Positions 7,760 to 17,294 of a stretch of DNA of 64,000 nt are shown here, piece after piece. The position numbers and the translations under genes are program-made. Origin of the DNA: an uncultured Acidobacteriota bacterium (lineage in GTDB: Bacteria; Acidobacteriota; Thermoanaerobaculia; Gp7-AA8). Under the pieces are notes generated by a model. That model saw nothing but the letters and a program-made list of their open reading frames with translations. It was not told the origin of the DNA and made no database searches. Position 1 is the stretch's first letter. Each line of letters begins with the position of its first letter. The stretch spans positions 480,001 to 544,000 of the forward strand of contig CAVUKB010000010.1 of the NCBI GenBank assembly GCA_963741955.1, read 5' to 3'.

Positions 7760-10700
7760 ACTTCACGTCGATCTTCTTCAGCCCCGCCTTCTCGAGCCGC
7801 GCGTTCAGCTGAGCGAGGTCGTTCGCCTTGTACTCGGACCACGCCTTCATCGCGGCGTCGCTGGCGGCCTTCGCTTTCGCCCATCCGGCACGCGCGTCGG
7901 GAGTGGGAGCACCGTCGGCCCCGTCGACGGCGCGGTCGAGAGTGCGGAGCTCGCCGGCCAGGAAACGGAGGCTCGTGGTATGGGCCGGAGGGACCCACCA
8001 CGCGTTCGCGGCGTTGCCGGTGACGACGTCGGAGATCGCGGTGGCGCGATCCATGGCGGCGTCGATCGCCGACGCGAGCTCGCCCTTCGCCGAATCCCGC
8101 AATTGCTGGAGCTGATCGAGAACGCTCGAGGCTTCGGTATTCGCGGCGGAGATGGCGCCGCTGGTCGCTTCGATGTTCCGCGCGAGATCGAATTGCTCGA
8201 GATACGCGCTCTGCGGAACGTTCACCCGCGGGTCGGGGGCGACCACGAGCGGTCGTGTCATCCGGTTCCCGTCTACGGTCAGCGCGACCGTGTAGTTCCC
8301 GGGCGGGGCCCAGACGCCGTCGCTCCACGGAGTGGAAGAATCCGCTGCGGGGTAGCGGAGTGGCCAGACGAAGCGATGCATTCCGGCCGCGGCAGAGAGC
8401 GTCGTCGGAGTGGTGAACCACTCCGGTGCCGTGCGGAGGCGTGCCGGATTCATTTTCGGCGGCTCGTCCGCGCTGCTGTATCGACGGACCAGCGTTCCGT
8501 TCGGATCGAGAATCTCCACCGTGACCGGGTGGCTCGCTGCATTCCGGAGAACGTAATCGATGTACGCGCCGGAAGGAGGATTGTCCGCCATCGGCTCGTC
8601 TTTCGGGAGGGGAGTGCCGGTGAAGCCGGCGGGCCGGAGGCGGATCGCCGTCGCCGGCGTGTAGAGCCAGGCATCCGCGCTCGCAACATCCGCGTCGATC
8701 TGACGGAGCGGCGCGACGTCGTCCATGATCCAGAACGCGCGGCCGTGCGTGGCGATCACCAGGTCGTCGCCGTGGACGTCGATGTCGCGCACCGACGTGA
8801 CGGGGAGATTTTCCTGGAGCGACTGCCAGTGGTCGCCGTCGTCGAACGAGACGTACATCCCCTTCTCCGTTCCGGCGTAGAGAAGGCCCTTCCGGACCGG
8901 ATCCTCGCGGACCACGTTCACGAAGCTGCCGTCGGGGATACCCGACGCGACCGCCTGCCACGTCTTTCCGCCGTCGTGGGTGCGGTAGACGTAGGGACGG
9001 AAATCGTCGAGGCGGTGACGGTCGATCGCGGCGTAGGCCGTGTCGGGATCGAAGTGCGAGGTCTCGATGATCCCGACCTTGGACCATGCGGTGAGCCCCG
9101 CCGGGGTGAGGTTCGTCCAGTGTGCCCCTTCGTCCTTCGTCCGCCAGATCTGTCCATCGTCGGTGCCGACCCAGACGTCATGGGCGACGAGACGGGAGGG
9201 GGCGATGGTGTAGATCACGCCGTGACGCGTCCCGGATCCGGGGGTCAGTGCTGCAGTGACTGGATCGAGGTTCGACGGCACGCCCGGATTCTCGCGGGTG
9301 AGGTCGGGACTGATCACGTCCCAGTGCTCTCCACCGTCTGCGGTCCGGTAGAGTTTCTGGTTCGCGAAATAGAGGACGCTCGGATCGCGGTGGGAGAAGA
9401 CCAGAGGAAGCGTCCAGGTGCGGCGGTCGTGACCCGGATAGGCGAGAGTCGGATCGATGTTCCGGGTCTGCTGGGTCCGGGTGTTCAGCTTCTCGACCCG
9501 GCCGCCATAGATGATGTCGTGGTCTTTCGGATCGGGGGCGATGTTGTCGCTCTCGCCGCCTGCGGTGACCTCGTGGAAATTCATCATGTTGATTCCGTCG
9601 CGGGTGTTGGTGCGGCTCGGAATCGCGGCGCTTCCGGAGTCCTGCTGGGATCCGTAGATCCAATAGGGGAACTGGTCGTCCGTGATGACGTGGTAGAACT
9701 GTCCGGTAGGCTGGTTGTACCAGGAGCTCCAGCTCTGACCCCCGTCGAGGGAGATGACGGTTCCCTGGTCCACGCCGAGGATCCGGCGCTCGGGATGGTC
9801 GGGATCGATCCAGAGCTGGTGGTAGTCGTCGCCTCCCGGGGCGCCCTTGACCGGCATCCACGTCTTCCCGGCATCGTCCGAGCGGTAGAGATTGATGTTC
9901 GCCGAGTAGACCACGTCTGCGTTCTGCGGCTCGACGGTGACTCCGCCGAAGTACCAGCCGCGTCCCCAAATCCGGTCGTCGCCACTGGTGTGGATCCACG
10001 TCGATCCACCGTCGTCGGAGCGGTACATCCCGCCGCCATCCTCGGTGTCGACGATCGCGTAGACGCGCTGCGGGTTGGTCGGAGCGAGGGCGATGCCGAC
10101 GCGGCCGGGATGCGCGGGAAAGCCGTTTCCGCGGAGAGCGACCCAGTGGTCCCCGCCGTCGGTCGATTTGTAGAGTCCACTGCCGGGACCGTTCGATGGA
10201 GGATAGACGCTCCACGGCGTGCGGCGGGTCTGCCAGAGCGCCGCGTAGAGGACGTCCGGGTTGCCCGGCTCGAAGGCGATGTCGACGGCCCCTGTGTTCT
10301 CATCCGGCCCGAGAACTTTCGTCCAGCTCTTGCCTCCGTCTTTCGAACGGAACACGCCGCGTTCGGGGTTCGGTCCGTACGGATGTCCGAGCGCCGCGAC
10401 GTAAACCAGATCCGGATTGCGCGGATGGACGATCACGCGCGCGATCTGCTGTGAGTCGTCGAGCCCGATGTGGCTCCACGTCTCGCCCCCATCGGTCGAC
10501 TTGTACATTCCGTCGCCCTGGGCGATGTCGGAGCGCATGTCCGCCTCGCCCGTGCCGACGTAGAGAATCTCGGAATTCGAAGGAGCGACCGCGATGGCAC
10601 CGATCGAGCCGACCGGCTGCGAATCGAAAATCGGATTCCACGTACGCCCGGCGTCCGTGGTCTCCCAGACGCCGCCGTCGACGCTGCCGAAGTAGAAGTG

Positions 10701-10859
10701 TGCCGGCTGACCGGGAACTCCGGTCACCGCGAGGACGCGTCCGGCGCGGAACGGACCGGCGAGCCGCCAATGGAGGTCCTGGAAGAGCGTGGGATCGACC
10801 GCCGCGGTGGCATTGACGCAGGCGAGGAACAGAAGAAATCCGAACAGACGACGGATCAT
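7758..10859 (-). CDS. Secreted VPS10/BNR-repeat beta-propeller protein (glycosyl hydrolase/sortilin-like)
   Basis: Signal peptide; many Asp-box repeats (TTDAGRTW, STDGGETW, SKDGGKSW, SDDGGSTW); C-terminal helical tail; ATG 10859 with RBS GGAGG. Confidence 0.88.
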   Translation of the reverse strand: MIRRLFGFLLFLACVNATAAVDPTLFQDLHWRLAGPFRAGRVLAVTGVPGQPAHFYFGSVDGGVWETTDAGRTWNPIFDSQPVGSIGAIAVAPSNSEILYVGTGEADMRSDIAQGDGMYKSTDGGETWSHIGLDDSQQIARVIVHPRNPDLVYVAALGHPYGPNPERGVFRSKDGGKSWTKVLGPDENTGAVDIAFEPGNPDVLYAALWQTRRTPWSVYPPSNGPGSGLYKSTDGGDHWVALRGNGFPAHPGRVGIALAPTNPQRVYAIVDTEDGGGMYRSDDGGSTWIHTSGDDRIWGRGWYFGGVTVEPQNADVVYSANINLYRSDDAGKTWMPVKGAPGGDDYHQLWIDPDHPERRILGVDQGTVISLDGGQSWSSWYNQPTGQFYHVITDDQFPYWIYGSQQDSGSAAIPSRTNTRDGINMMNFHEVTAGGESDNIAPDPKDHDIIYGGRVEKLNTRTQQTRNIDPTLAYPGHDRRTWTLPLVFSHRDPSVLYFANQKLYRTADGGEHWDVISPDLTRENPGVPSNLDPVTAALTPGSGTRHGVIYTIAPSRLVAHDVWVGTDDGQIWRTKDEGAHWTNLTPAGLTAWSKVGIIETSHFDPDTAYAAIDRHRLDDFRPYVYRTHDGGKTWQAVASGIPDGSFVNVVREDPVRKGLLYAGTEKGMYVSFDDGDHWQSLQENLPVTSVRDIDVHGDDLVIATHGRAFWIMDDVAPLRQIDADVASADAWLYTPATAIRLRPAGFTGTPLPKDEPMADNPPSGAYIDYVLRNAASHPVTVEILDPNGTLVRRYSSADEPPKMNPARLRTAPEWFTTPTTLSAAAGMHRFVWPLRYPAADSSTPWSDGVWAPPGNYTVALTVDGNRMTRPLVVAPDPRVNVPQSAYLEQFDLARNIEATSGAISAANTEASSVLDQLQQLRDSAKGELASAIDAAMDRATAISDVVTGNAANAWWVPPAHTTSLRFLAGELRTLDRAVDGADGAPTPDARAGWAKAKAASDAAMKAWSEYKANDLAQLNARLEKAGLKKIDVK

Positions 10860-10985
10860 CAAAACCTCCGGAGGAGAAGTGCGCACTCGAACCGCTCGCG
10901 CGAGCGGCCGCGAGCATGATAGCGCAGGGAGGGAGAGAGGACTGCGGTATTCATTCGCGCAATTCGCGCAATTCCTCGATTCTCC

Positions 10986-11714
10986 TCAGCTCTCGCGCCG
11001 GTCCTTCACGCCGGATCTTCGTTCACCGACACCGGGGACGTCTGTGCCGGGGCGATCCCGCTCGGGGCGCCCGCTGCGGCGCGGAAGAATCATGTGTAGG
11101 GCCGCATACCCGAGTGTGAGCCCGACTCCGTAGATGAGAGTGACGCCGAGAACTCTCGGATGCTCGAGTGGATGAGTCCAGGGCGTGATTGCGTCCTCGA
11201 GGAGCGCACGAGCATGCGCCAGGGTGTCCCAGCTGTTCCATCGGAGAAACCGGCCCAGATAGATGCCGAAGCCGGAGAGAAGAAACGCGAGGACGACCAC
11301 CGCCCAGCCGGTGGCGGGGTTACTCTCGTCGGTGACGACCCTCTGGACGGCCGCGGTGGAAGCGAACGCGAACAGCATTCCGGTGCCGGCAGCCGAGCCG
11401 AGAAGGGCGATGTCGTACCAGAGAGGCATGGGTGGGCTCGGCGCCAGGTGGATGAAATCGGTGAGGATGTAAGGAGCATTGGGAAGAAACAGCAGCCAGA
11501 TCGCGAACCACGCCACCTGCACCACGGGCGGCGTACGACGGCGCCATGCAGCGAGGAGGAGTGAGCTCGCGATCAGCGGTACGGCGGCGAGAAAGAGATT
11601 CCACGCGAGAAACCCGTACTGGAGCGTATGTGTTCTCCAGATCCGGAAGATCAGTAGAACCCCGCACCAGAGAAGCAGAATCGAATACGCGAGCGCACGC
11701 CTGAGGCCGGACAT
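10986..11714 (-). CDS. DUF1361-family membrane protein
   Basis: FLAWNLFLA, WLLFLPNAPYILTD, GIYLGRFLRWNSWD. Confidence 0.88.
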   Translation of the reverse strand: MSGLRRALAYSILLLWCGVLLIFRIWRTHTLQYGFLAWNLFLAAVPLIASSLLLAAWRRRTPPVVQVAWFAIWLLFLPNAPYILTDFIHLAPSPPMPLWYDIALLGSAAGTGMLFAFASTAAVQRVVTDESNPATGWAVVVLAFLLSGFGIYLGRFLRWNSWDTLAHARALLEDAITPWTHPLEHPRVLGVTLIYGVGLTLGYAALHMILPRRSGRPERDRPGTDVPGVGERRSGVKDRRES

Positions 11715-11851
11715 CGGGAGAATCTGATTGCACGAGGCGGACCGGGCTCTTGATTGCCGGGATGAAATGGCGGCTGCCGTTCGCTCGAGGAGTCCCGCTC
11801 TGCGGGAATGGTACGTGCTTCGAACGACCCTCGGGGCGAGGAGGCAATGGG

Positions 11852-12736
11852 ATGAGGTTGCGCGAGAAGAGATGGATTTCCGGTGTCCTGTTTCTTCTTC
11901 TTGCCGGATGTGGCAGCTCCGTCACGTCGACGCCGGCGAAGGAGGCGGTTTCCGCCTTCGGGAGCGCCGGATTCAAGCACGTCTTCGTGATCGTGCTGGA
12001 GAACGCGAATGCGGACGAGGCGCTCCGGCAGCCGTTCCTCGCGAAGCTGGCGCACGAAGGAGCGTACCTCGCCCGCTACTACGCCGTCGCGCATCCATCG
12101 CAGCCGAATTACATCGCTCTGGTTTCGGGGAGTACCGACGGCGTACCCGGCGACGGTCCGGTGACTCTGGACCGGCAACACCTCGGCGACCTTCTCGACC
12201 GGAGACATCTGACCTGGAAGTCGTATGCGGAGGGATATCCCGGGCATTGCAGTCTCGCGGCGCGCTCCGGTGATTACGCGCGGAAGCACGAACCGTTCAT
12301 CAGCTTCGACGACGTCCAGTCGAGTCCCGTCGAGTGCGCGCATATCGTCGCTGCGTCGACCCTGCAGAGTGACATCGAAACGGGGAATCTCGCCGCCTTC
12401 TCTCTGTACGTCCCGAACATGAAGCACGACGGTCACGACACGAGCGTCGTCGCGGCCGACCGGTGGCTGGCCTCGGCGTTCGGTCCGCGCCTCTCCGACC
12501 CGCGGTTCACGAAAGATCTTCTCTTCGTCGTCACATTCGACGAGGCCGAGCGCGGAGGGAGCAACCGCGTCTACACGGTTCTCTGGGGAGACAGCGTGAA
12601 GCCGGGGACGGTGTCGAATGCGGTGTACGACCACTACGATCTTCTCCGGACCATCGAAGTCGCGTTCGGTCTCGGCACACTCGGAACGCACGACGAAGAT
12701 CCGACCACGCGTCCGATCGGCGGCATCTGGAAGTGA
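11852..12736 (+). CDS. Phosphoesterase/acid phosphatase-family lipoprotein
   Basis: Lipobox LAGC; FKHVFVIVLEN, HPSQPNYIAL, YARKHEPF, HDGHD, TFDE, YDHYDLLRTIE. Confidence 0.88.
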   Translation: MRLREKRWISGVLFLLLAGCGSSVTSTPAKEAVSAFGSAGFKHVFVIVLENANADEALRQPFLAKLAHEGAYLARYYAVAHPSQPNYIALVSGSTDGVPGDGPVTLDRQHLGDLLDRRHLTWKSYAEGYPGHCSLAARSGDYARKHEPFISFDDVQSSPVECAHIVAASTLQSDIETGNLAAFSLYVPNMKHDGHDTSVVAADRWLASAFGPRLSDPRFTKDLLFVVTFDEAERGGSNRVYTVLWGDSVKPGTVSNAVYDHYDLLRTIEVAFGLGTLGTHDEDPTTRPIGGIWK

Positions 12737-12902
12737 GGCGAGAGGCGGGAGGAGAACCCCGGTCGGACACGTCCGACAAGTCAGACGAGTCCGACAGGTC
12801 TGACAGTTCCAGCCGTCCCTCTCCTGGAATCGTCTCGCTCCTCTCGCCTCTCGCCTCTCGCCTCTCGTCTCTCGTCTCTCGTCTCTCACCTCTCGCCTCT
12901 CC
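12735..12902. repeat. Inverted heptamer arrays enclosing a 9-mer array
   Basis: GAGGCGA-like x3 (12735-12755), GTCnGACnn x5 (12762-12806), TCTCGCC/TCTCGTC-like x~10 (12831-12902). Confidence 0.8.
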
Positions 12903-12928
12903 TGTAGACTATCCGCCGGAGGTACGCC

Positions 12929-14878
12929 ATGACCCGCTCGATTTTTGCCGCCGTGATCCTCTGTGTCGCGCTGCCGATCTTTGCGCAGGTGCGGACGGAG
13001 AAGCCGCCGCTCCATGGAAAGAAATGGATGGCGATCACCGGAAAGCCACTCGCGGCGACTGCCGGCGCGATGGTTTTCCAGAAGGGAGGCAACGCCGTCG
13101 ATGCCGCGTGCGCGATGATCGCCGCGACCTCGACGATGTGGGACACCCTCAGCTGGGGAGGAGAGACCCAGGCGCTGATCTACAATCCGAAGACGAAGAA
13201 GGTGATCGGGATCGATGCGCTCGGCGTCGCTCCGACCGGCGCCACCCCGGAGTTCTTCCGGAGCAAGGGAATGAAAGTTCCTCCGGAGTGGGGGCCACTC
13301 GCCGCGGTCACCCCCGGCACGCCGGGTGGAATCATGGTCATGCTCGCCGAGTACGGACGACTCTCGCTCGCCGACGTTCTCCAGCCGGCCATCGACATGG
13401 CGGACGGGTATCCGATCGAAGCGCAGGCGGCGAACACCATCGAGCGGAACAAGGCCATGATCAAGCAGTGGCCCTATTCGAAAGCCGTCTTCCTCACGCA
13501 CCTCGACGAGAGCGTGAAGGGCGACGCGGCCGCGCCGACCGAGTCCGGAAGTGCGATGCCCGCTCACGATCGCGCGGTCGGAGCGGTCAGCGCCTCGCAT
13601 CGCGAAGCGCCCGAGCCGGGTGAGATCTTCCGTCAGCCGGACCTCGCGGCGACCCTGCGGAAGCTGGTCGAGACCGAACGTGAAGCGCTGAAGGCCGGGA
13701 AATCGCGGAAAGAAGCGATCTACGCTGCGTACGACCGATTCTACAAGGGAGACATCGCGAAGGAGATCGCCCGGAGCACCCAGGAGCAGGGAGGGCTGAT
13801 CACCACGCAGGACCTGGCAAACTGGCAGGTGAAGATCGAAGAGCCGGTGACGACGAACTACAAAGGGATCGACGTTTACAAGCTCACCGTCTGGACCCAG
13901 GGTCCGGCGATGCTTCAGGCGCTGAACATCCTCGAGAACTTCGACGTGAAGTCGATGGGCTACAACACGTCGCGCTACATCAACACCGTCTACCAGGCGA
14001 TGAGTCTCGCCTTCGCCGATCGCGACTTCTATTACGGTGATCCGTATTTCCCGCCGGAGGAACCGGTGCAGGGACTCCTCTCGAAGGAGTATGCGAAACA
14101 GCGGGCGAAGCTCGTCGATCCCGATCACGCGAACAACGACGTCGCTCCGGGCAACCCGTACGAGTTCCAGGCGGGAACGAACCCGTTCCTCCAGTATCTC
14201 CGCAGCTGGAAAACGAGCGCGGCCTTCGTCGCTCCGAACACGGAGTTCGGCGAAAAGCTCGCCGAGGACGTGAATCGGTTCGATGACGGCTTCTATGCCG
14301 GAACGACCTCGGTCGAAGCCGCGGATGCAGAAGGATGGGTCGTCTCGGTGACCCCGAGCGGTGGCTGGATCCCGGCGGTGATCGCGGGCCACACCGGGAT
14401 CGGTCTCAGCCAGCGGATGCAGTCGTTCGTCCTCACGCCCGAGGAGAACCCGTACAACGTCGTGGAGCCGGGCAAACGCCCGCGAGTCACACTGACACCC
14501 TCGATGGCGTTGAAGGAGGGACATCCCTTCCTCTCTTTCGCGGTGCAGGGTGGCGACACGCAGGACCAGAATCTGCTGCAGTTCTTTCTGAACGTCGTCG
14601 AGTTCGGAATGACGGTGCAGGAAGCGACCGAGGCGGCGAACTTCAACAGCTTCCAGATGCGGAGCTCGTTCGGCGAGCACGAGTCGCGTCCGGGAAGAAT
14701 CCTGCTCAACGATTCGACTCCGCCGTGGGTTCGCAGCGAACTGCGCAAGATGGGCTACCAGGAGATTTTCGAAGAGCGTACTTCGGGTCCGATCAACGCG
14801 ATTTACCTCGACCGGAAGCACGGCACGCTCTGGGGAGGGTCGAGCAATCACGGCGAAGACTACGGGATCGGGTGGTGA
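12929..14878 (+). CDS. ggt: Gamma-glutamyltransferase-family protein, secreted
   Basis: KGGNAVDAA, VTPGTPGG, FYKGDIA, nucleophile-region GTTS, PGKRPRVTLTP, QGGDTQDQ. Confidence 0.9.
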   Translation: MTRSIFAAVILCVALPIFAQVRTEKPPLHGKKWMAITGKPLAATAGAMVFQKGGNAVDAACAMIAATSTMWDTLSWGGETQALIYNPKTKKVIGIDALGVAPTGATPEFFRSKGMKVPPEWGPLAAVTPGTPGGIMVMLAEYGRLSLADVLQPAIDMADGYPIEAQAANTIERNKAMIKQWPYSKAVFLTHLDESVKGDAAAPTESGSAMPAHDRAVGAVSASHREAPEPGEIFRQPDLAATLRKLVETEREALKAGKSRKEAIYAAYDRFYKGDIAKEIARSTQEQGGLITTQDLANWQVKIEEPVTTNYKGIDVYKLTVWTQGPAMLQALNILENFDVKSMGYNTSRYINTVYQAMSLAFADRDFYYGDPYFPPEEPVQGLLSKEYAKQRAKLVDPDHANNDVAPGNPYEFQAGTNPFLQYLRSWKTSAAFVAPNTEFGEKLAEDVNRFDDGFYAGTTSVEAADAEGWVVSVTPSGGWIPAVIAGHTGIGLSQRMQSFVLTPEENPYNVVEPGKRPRVTLTPSMALKEGHPFLSFAVQGGDTQDQNLLQFFLNVVEFGMTVQEATEAANFNSFQMRSSFGEHESRPGRILLNDSTPPWVRSELRKMGYQEIFEERTSGPINAIYLDRKHGTLWGGSSNHGEDYGIGW

Positions 14879-14885
14879 CGGAGGG

Positions 14886-15126
14886 AAGACGAATGCAGAC
14901 GGCAGACCGCAGAATCCAGGATTGAGAAAGGAGGACGAGGAGCGCCCGGGGCTCACTCTTGCGTCCCTCCCCGACCGGCACCGCGAGCGGTGCGGGGGTG
15001 CAGGAGGTCGCGTCGGACTCTCGAGTCCGGAATTGTGGAATAATCGAAGCACACAAAGTCGTGCGGGTTCTCCATCTGAATTCTTCTGAATTCCGAATTC
15101 TGAACTCTGCATTCTGCATTCGTCTT
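14886..15126. repeat. Inverted heptamer arrays (GAATGCA / TGCATTC) bracketing ~160 bp
   Basis: Perfect 14-bp inverted repeat AAGACGAATGCAGA (14886) / TCTGCATTCGTCTT (15113); arrays at 14891-14918 and 15077-15121. Confidence 0.75.
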
Positions 15127-15145
15127 TTCTTTCGAGGCCACGGCG

Positions 15146-17140
15146 ATGTCAGACTCGCAGTCGGATCCGGTCGGCGTCTCTCCACTTTCGGGTGCCTGCC
15201 CGAAATGCGGTTCGACGATCGCACCCGACGCGAACCTCTGTACCACCTGCGGATTCGATCTTCGCCGCACGGTGATGCAGCCGGGAACGGTGATCGACGA
15301 GAAGTACGAGATCATCAGCGTCCTCGGCGTGGGGGGGATGGGCGAAGTCTACAAGGCGCGCCACACGCATCTCCACAGCCTTCGCTGCATCAAGGTGATG
15401 AAGCGGGACCTCGTCGCGGATGAAGGCTTCCGCGCCCGGTTCCTGAGGGAGGCCCGGCTCGCGACCCGTCTCCATCATCCGAATCTCGCGATCGTCCACG
15501 ATTTCTCGACCCTCCCGGACGGCGGATACTACATGGTCTCGGAGCTGGTCGACGGGATCACGCTCCGCCGATGGACGCAGCTGAACGGGCGTTTCCCGGT
15601 CGCCCTCGCGTGCGACCTCATCCTGCAGGTTCTCGACGCGCTCGACTACTGCCATCGCCGCGGACTGCTGCACCGGGACATCTCTGCCGACAACATCATG
15701 GTCGAAGTGGACGAGGACGGACGGCAGGTCGCGCGCATCATCGATCTGGGGATCGCGAAGCTCGTGACGGCTCCGGCGTCGGAAACGACCCAGGTCGGAG
15801 TCTTCGTGGGGAATCCGAAGTACAGCTCACCCGAGCAGCTCGGGATGATTCCCGAGGGGGAGTCGATCGATCACCGTTCCGACCTCTACAGTCTCGGCGT
15901 GGTCTTCTACGAGATGATCGCAGGCGTCCAACCGTACGGGAACACCACGCCTCAGGGTTACATCGTTCAGCATCTGACGAAGCCGCCGGTGCCGATCTCG
16001 CGGGCGGCTGCCGATCTCGATCTTCCGATGGGACTCGAAGCCGTGATCCTGAAAGCTCTGGAGAAGGACAGGCGCGTCCGGTGGCAGAACGCCCGGGAGT
16101 TCGCCGAGGCATTGCGGCGGGTGATGGGTGCAGCCAGAACGCTCGTCCTGGAGAAGGCGCCGGAGATCACCGAAGAGGTGAACCTGCCGGTGGCGCCGGA
16201 GCTGCGGAAGACGGTCGAGACGCCTCTTCCTCCCGACCCGGAGGAGTCTGCGTGGATCCGGGCGCGTCGATCCCGTGAAGTGGGAGCGTATCGCGATTAT
16301 CTGCGACGGTTCCCCGACGGCCGCTGGGCGACCGACGCGCGGAAGACACTCGAAGAGATGCTCCTCGAGAGAATCGGGGAGCTCGAACAGGAGCGGCGGC
16401 TCGGTGAGCTCGAAGGAATCGCGGTGGAATGGGCGGGAGACGACACGATCGGCCGCGCCGCGCGAAGGGCGCGAACCCTTCTGTGGGAGACGATCGCCGG
16501 AGAAGAGCGTCACGAGCGAAGCGAATGGGAGCGTGCGTGGCGGGAAGGGACGGTCGTCGCGTTCGGCGGCTTCATCGAAGCGCATCCCGACTCGGGTCGA
16601 AAAGACGAAGCGGAACGGGCTCTCGCCGAGGCGGCGGACTTCGAGTCGGCACTCGAGAAGCCGACTGTGGAACGGTGGAAAGAGTTCCGCACGAAATGGC
16701 CCGAAGGTCGTCACCGCATCGAGGCGGAGATCGAATACGTCCGCTCGCGGGAGGCAGCGCATCCCAGGCGGAGTCCCGAGGAGAAGGAAAAGATCCGTGC
16801 GGAGGCCGAGATCGTTGCCCGGTCGATCGTCGAGGACTCTCTGAAAACAAAAGCTCCGAAGAAGTCACCGGCGGAACGGCGACGCCCGCTCGACGAAGCG
16901 ACGGAATGGCAGAAAGCGTGGGAGAGCGGGACGGCGGACGCGTGGAGTGCGTTTCTGGAGGCGTTTCCCGGATCAGCGAAGCGCGAAGGCGCTGCCGCGG
17001 CGCGGAACGAGGCCGAAGCGTTCCATCGAGCAGTGGATGCCCGCTCGGCTGCGATCTGGCGGGCCTTCCTCGCGACCTTTCCCGACGGCCGCCACCATCT
17101 CGAAGCGATGCTTCACCTCGAAAACCTCAAGGGCAACTGA
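15146..17140 (+). CDS. Hanks-type Ser/Thr protein kinase with N-terminal zinc ribbon and C-terminal helical repeats
   Basis: CPKCG...CTTCG; GVGGMGEVY, CIKVM, HRDISADN, DLGIAK, YSSPEQ, SDLYSLG. Confidence 0.92.
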   Translation: MSDSQSDPVGVSPLSGACPKCGSTIAPDANLCTTCGFDLRRTVMQPGTVIDEKYEIISVLGVGGMGEVYKARHTHLHSLRCIKVMKRDLVADEGFRARFLREARLATRLHHPNLAIVHDFSTLPDGGYYMVSELVDGITLRRWTQLNGRFPVALACDLILQVLDALDYCHRRGLLHRDISADNIMVEVDEDGRQVARIIDLGIAKLVTAPASETTQVGVFVGNPKYSSPEQLGMIPEGESIDHRSDLYSLGVVFYEMIAGVQPYGNTTPQGYIVQHLTKPPVPISRAAADLDLPMGLEAVILKALEKDRRVRWQNAREFAEALRRVMGAARTLVLEKAPEITEEVNLPVAPELRKTVETPLPPDPEESAWIRARRSREVGAYRDYLRRFPDGRWATDARKTLEEMLLERIGELEQERRLGELEGIAVEWAGDDTIGRAARRARTLLWETIAGEERHERSEWERAWREGTVVAFGGFIEAHPDSGRKDEAERALAEAADFESALEKPTVERWKEFRTKWPEGRHRIEAEIEYVRSREAAHPRRSPEEKEKIRAEAEIVARSIVEDSLKTKAPKKSPAERRRPLDEATEWQKAWESGTADAWSAFLEAFPGSAKREGAAAARNEAEAFHRAVDARSAAIWRAFLATFPDGRHHLEAMLHLENLKGN

Positions 17141-17243
17141 CTCCGGCGCCGATCATCTGCAATGCCCGCACGCCATTGCATCCATCTGAATACCAATTAA
17201 CGCAATCGATACCGTATCTATATATCGCCACATCTTCCCCATC

Positions 17244-17285
17244 GATAACAGATAACAGATAACAGATAACAGATAACAGATATCA
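17244..17285. repeat. Heptamer tandem array (GATAACA x5 plus one variant)
   Basis: Directly visible in an AT-rich gap between convergent genes. Confidence 0.9.
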
Positions 17286-17294
17286 GATGCTTTT

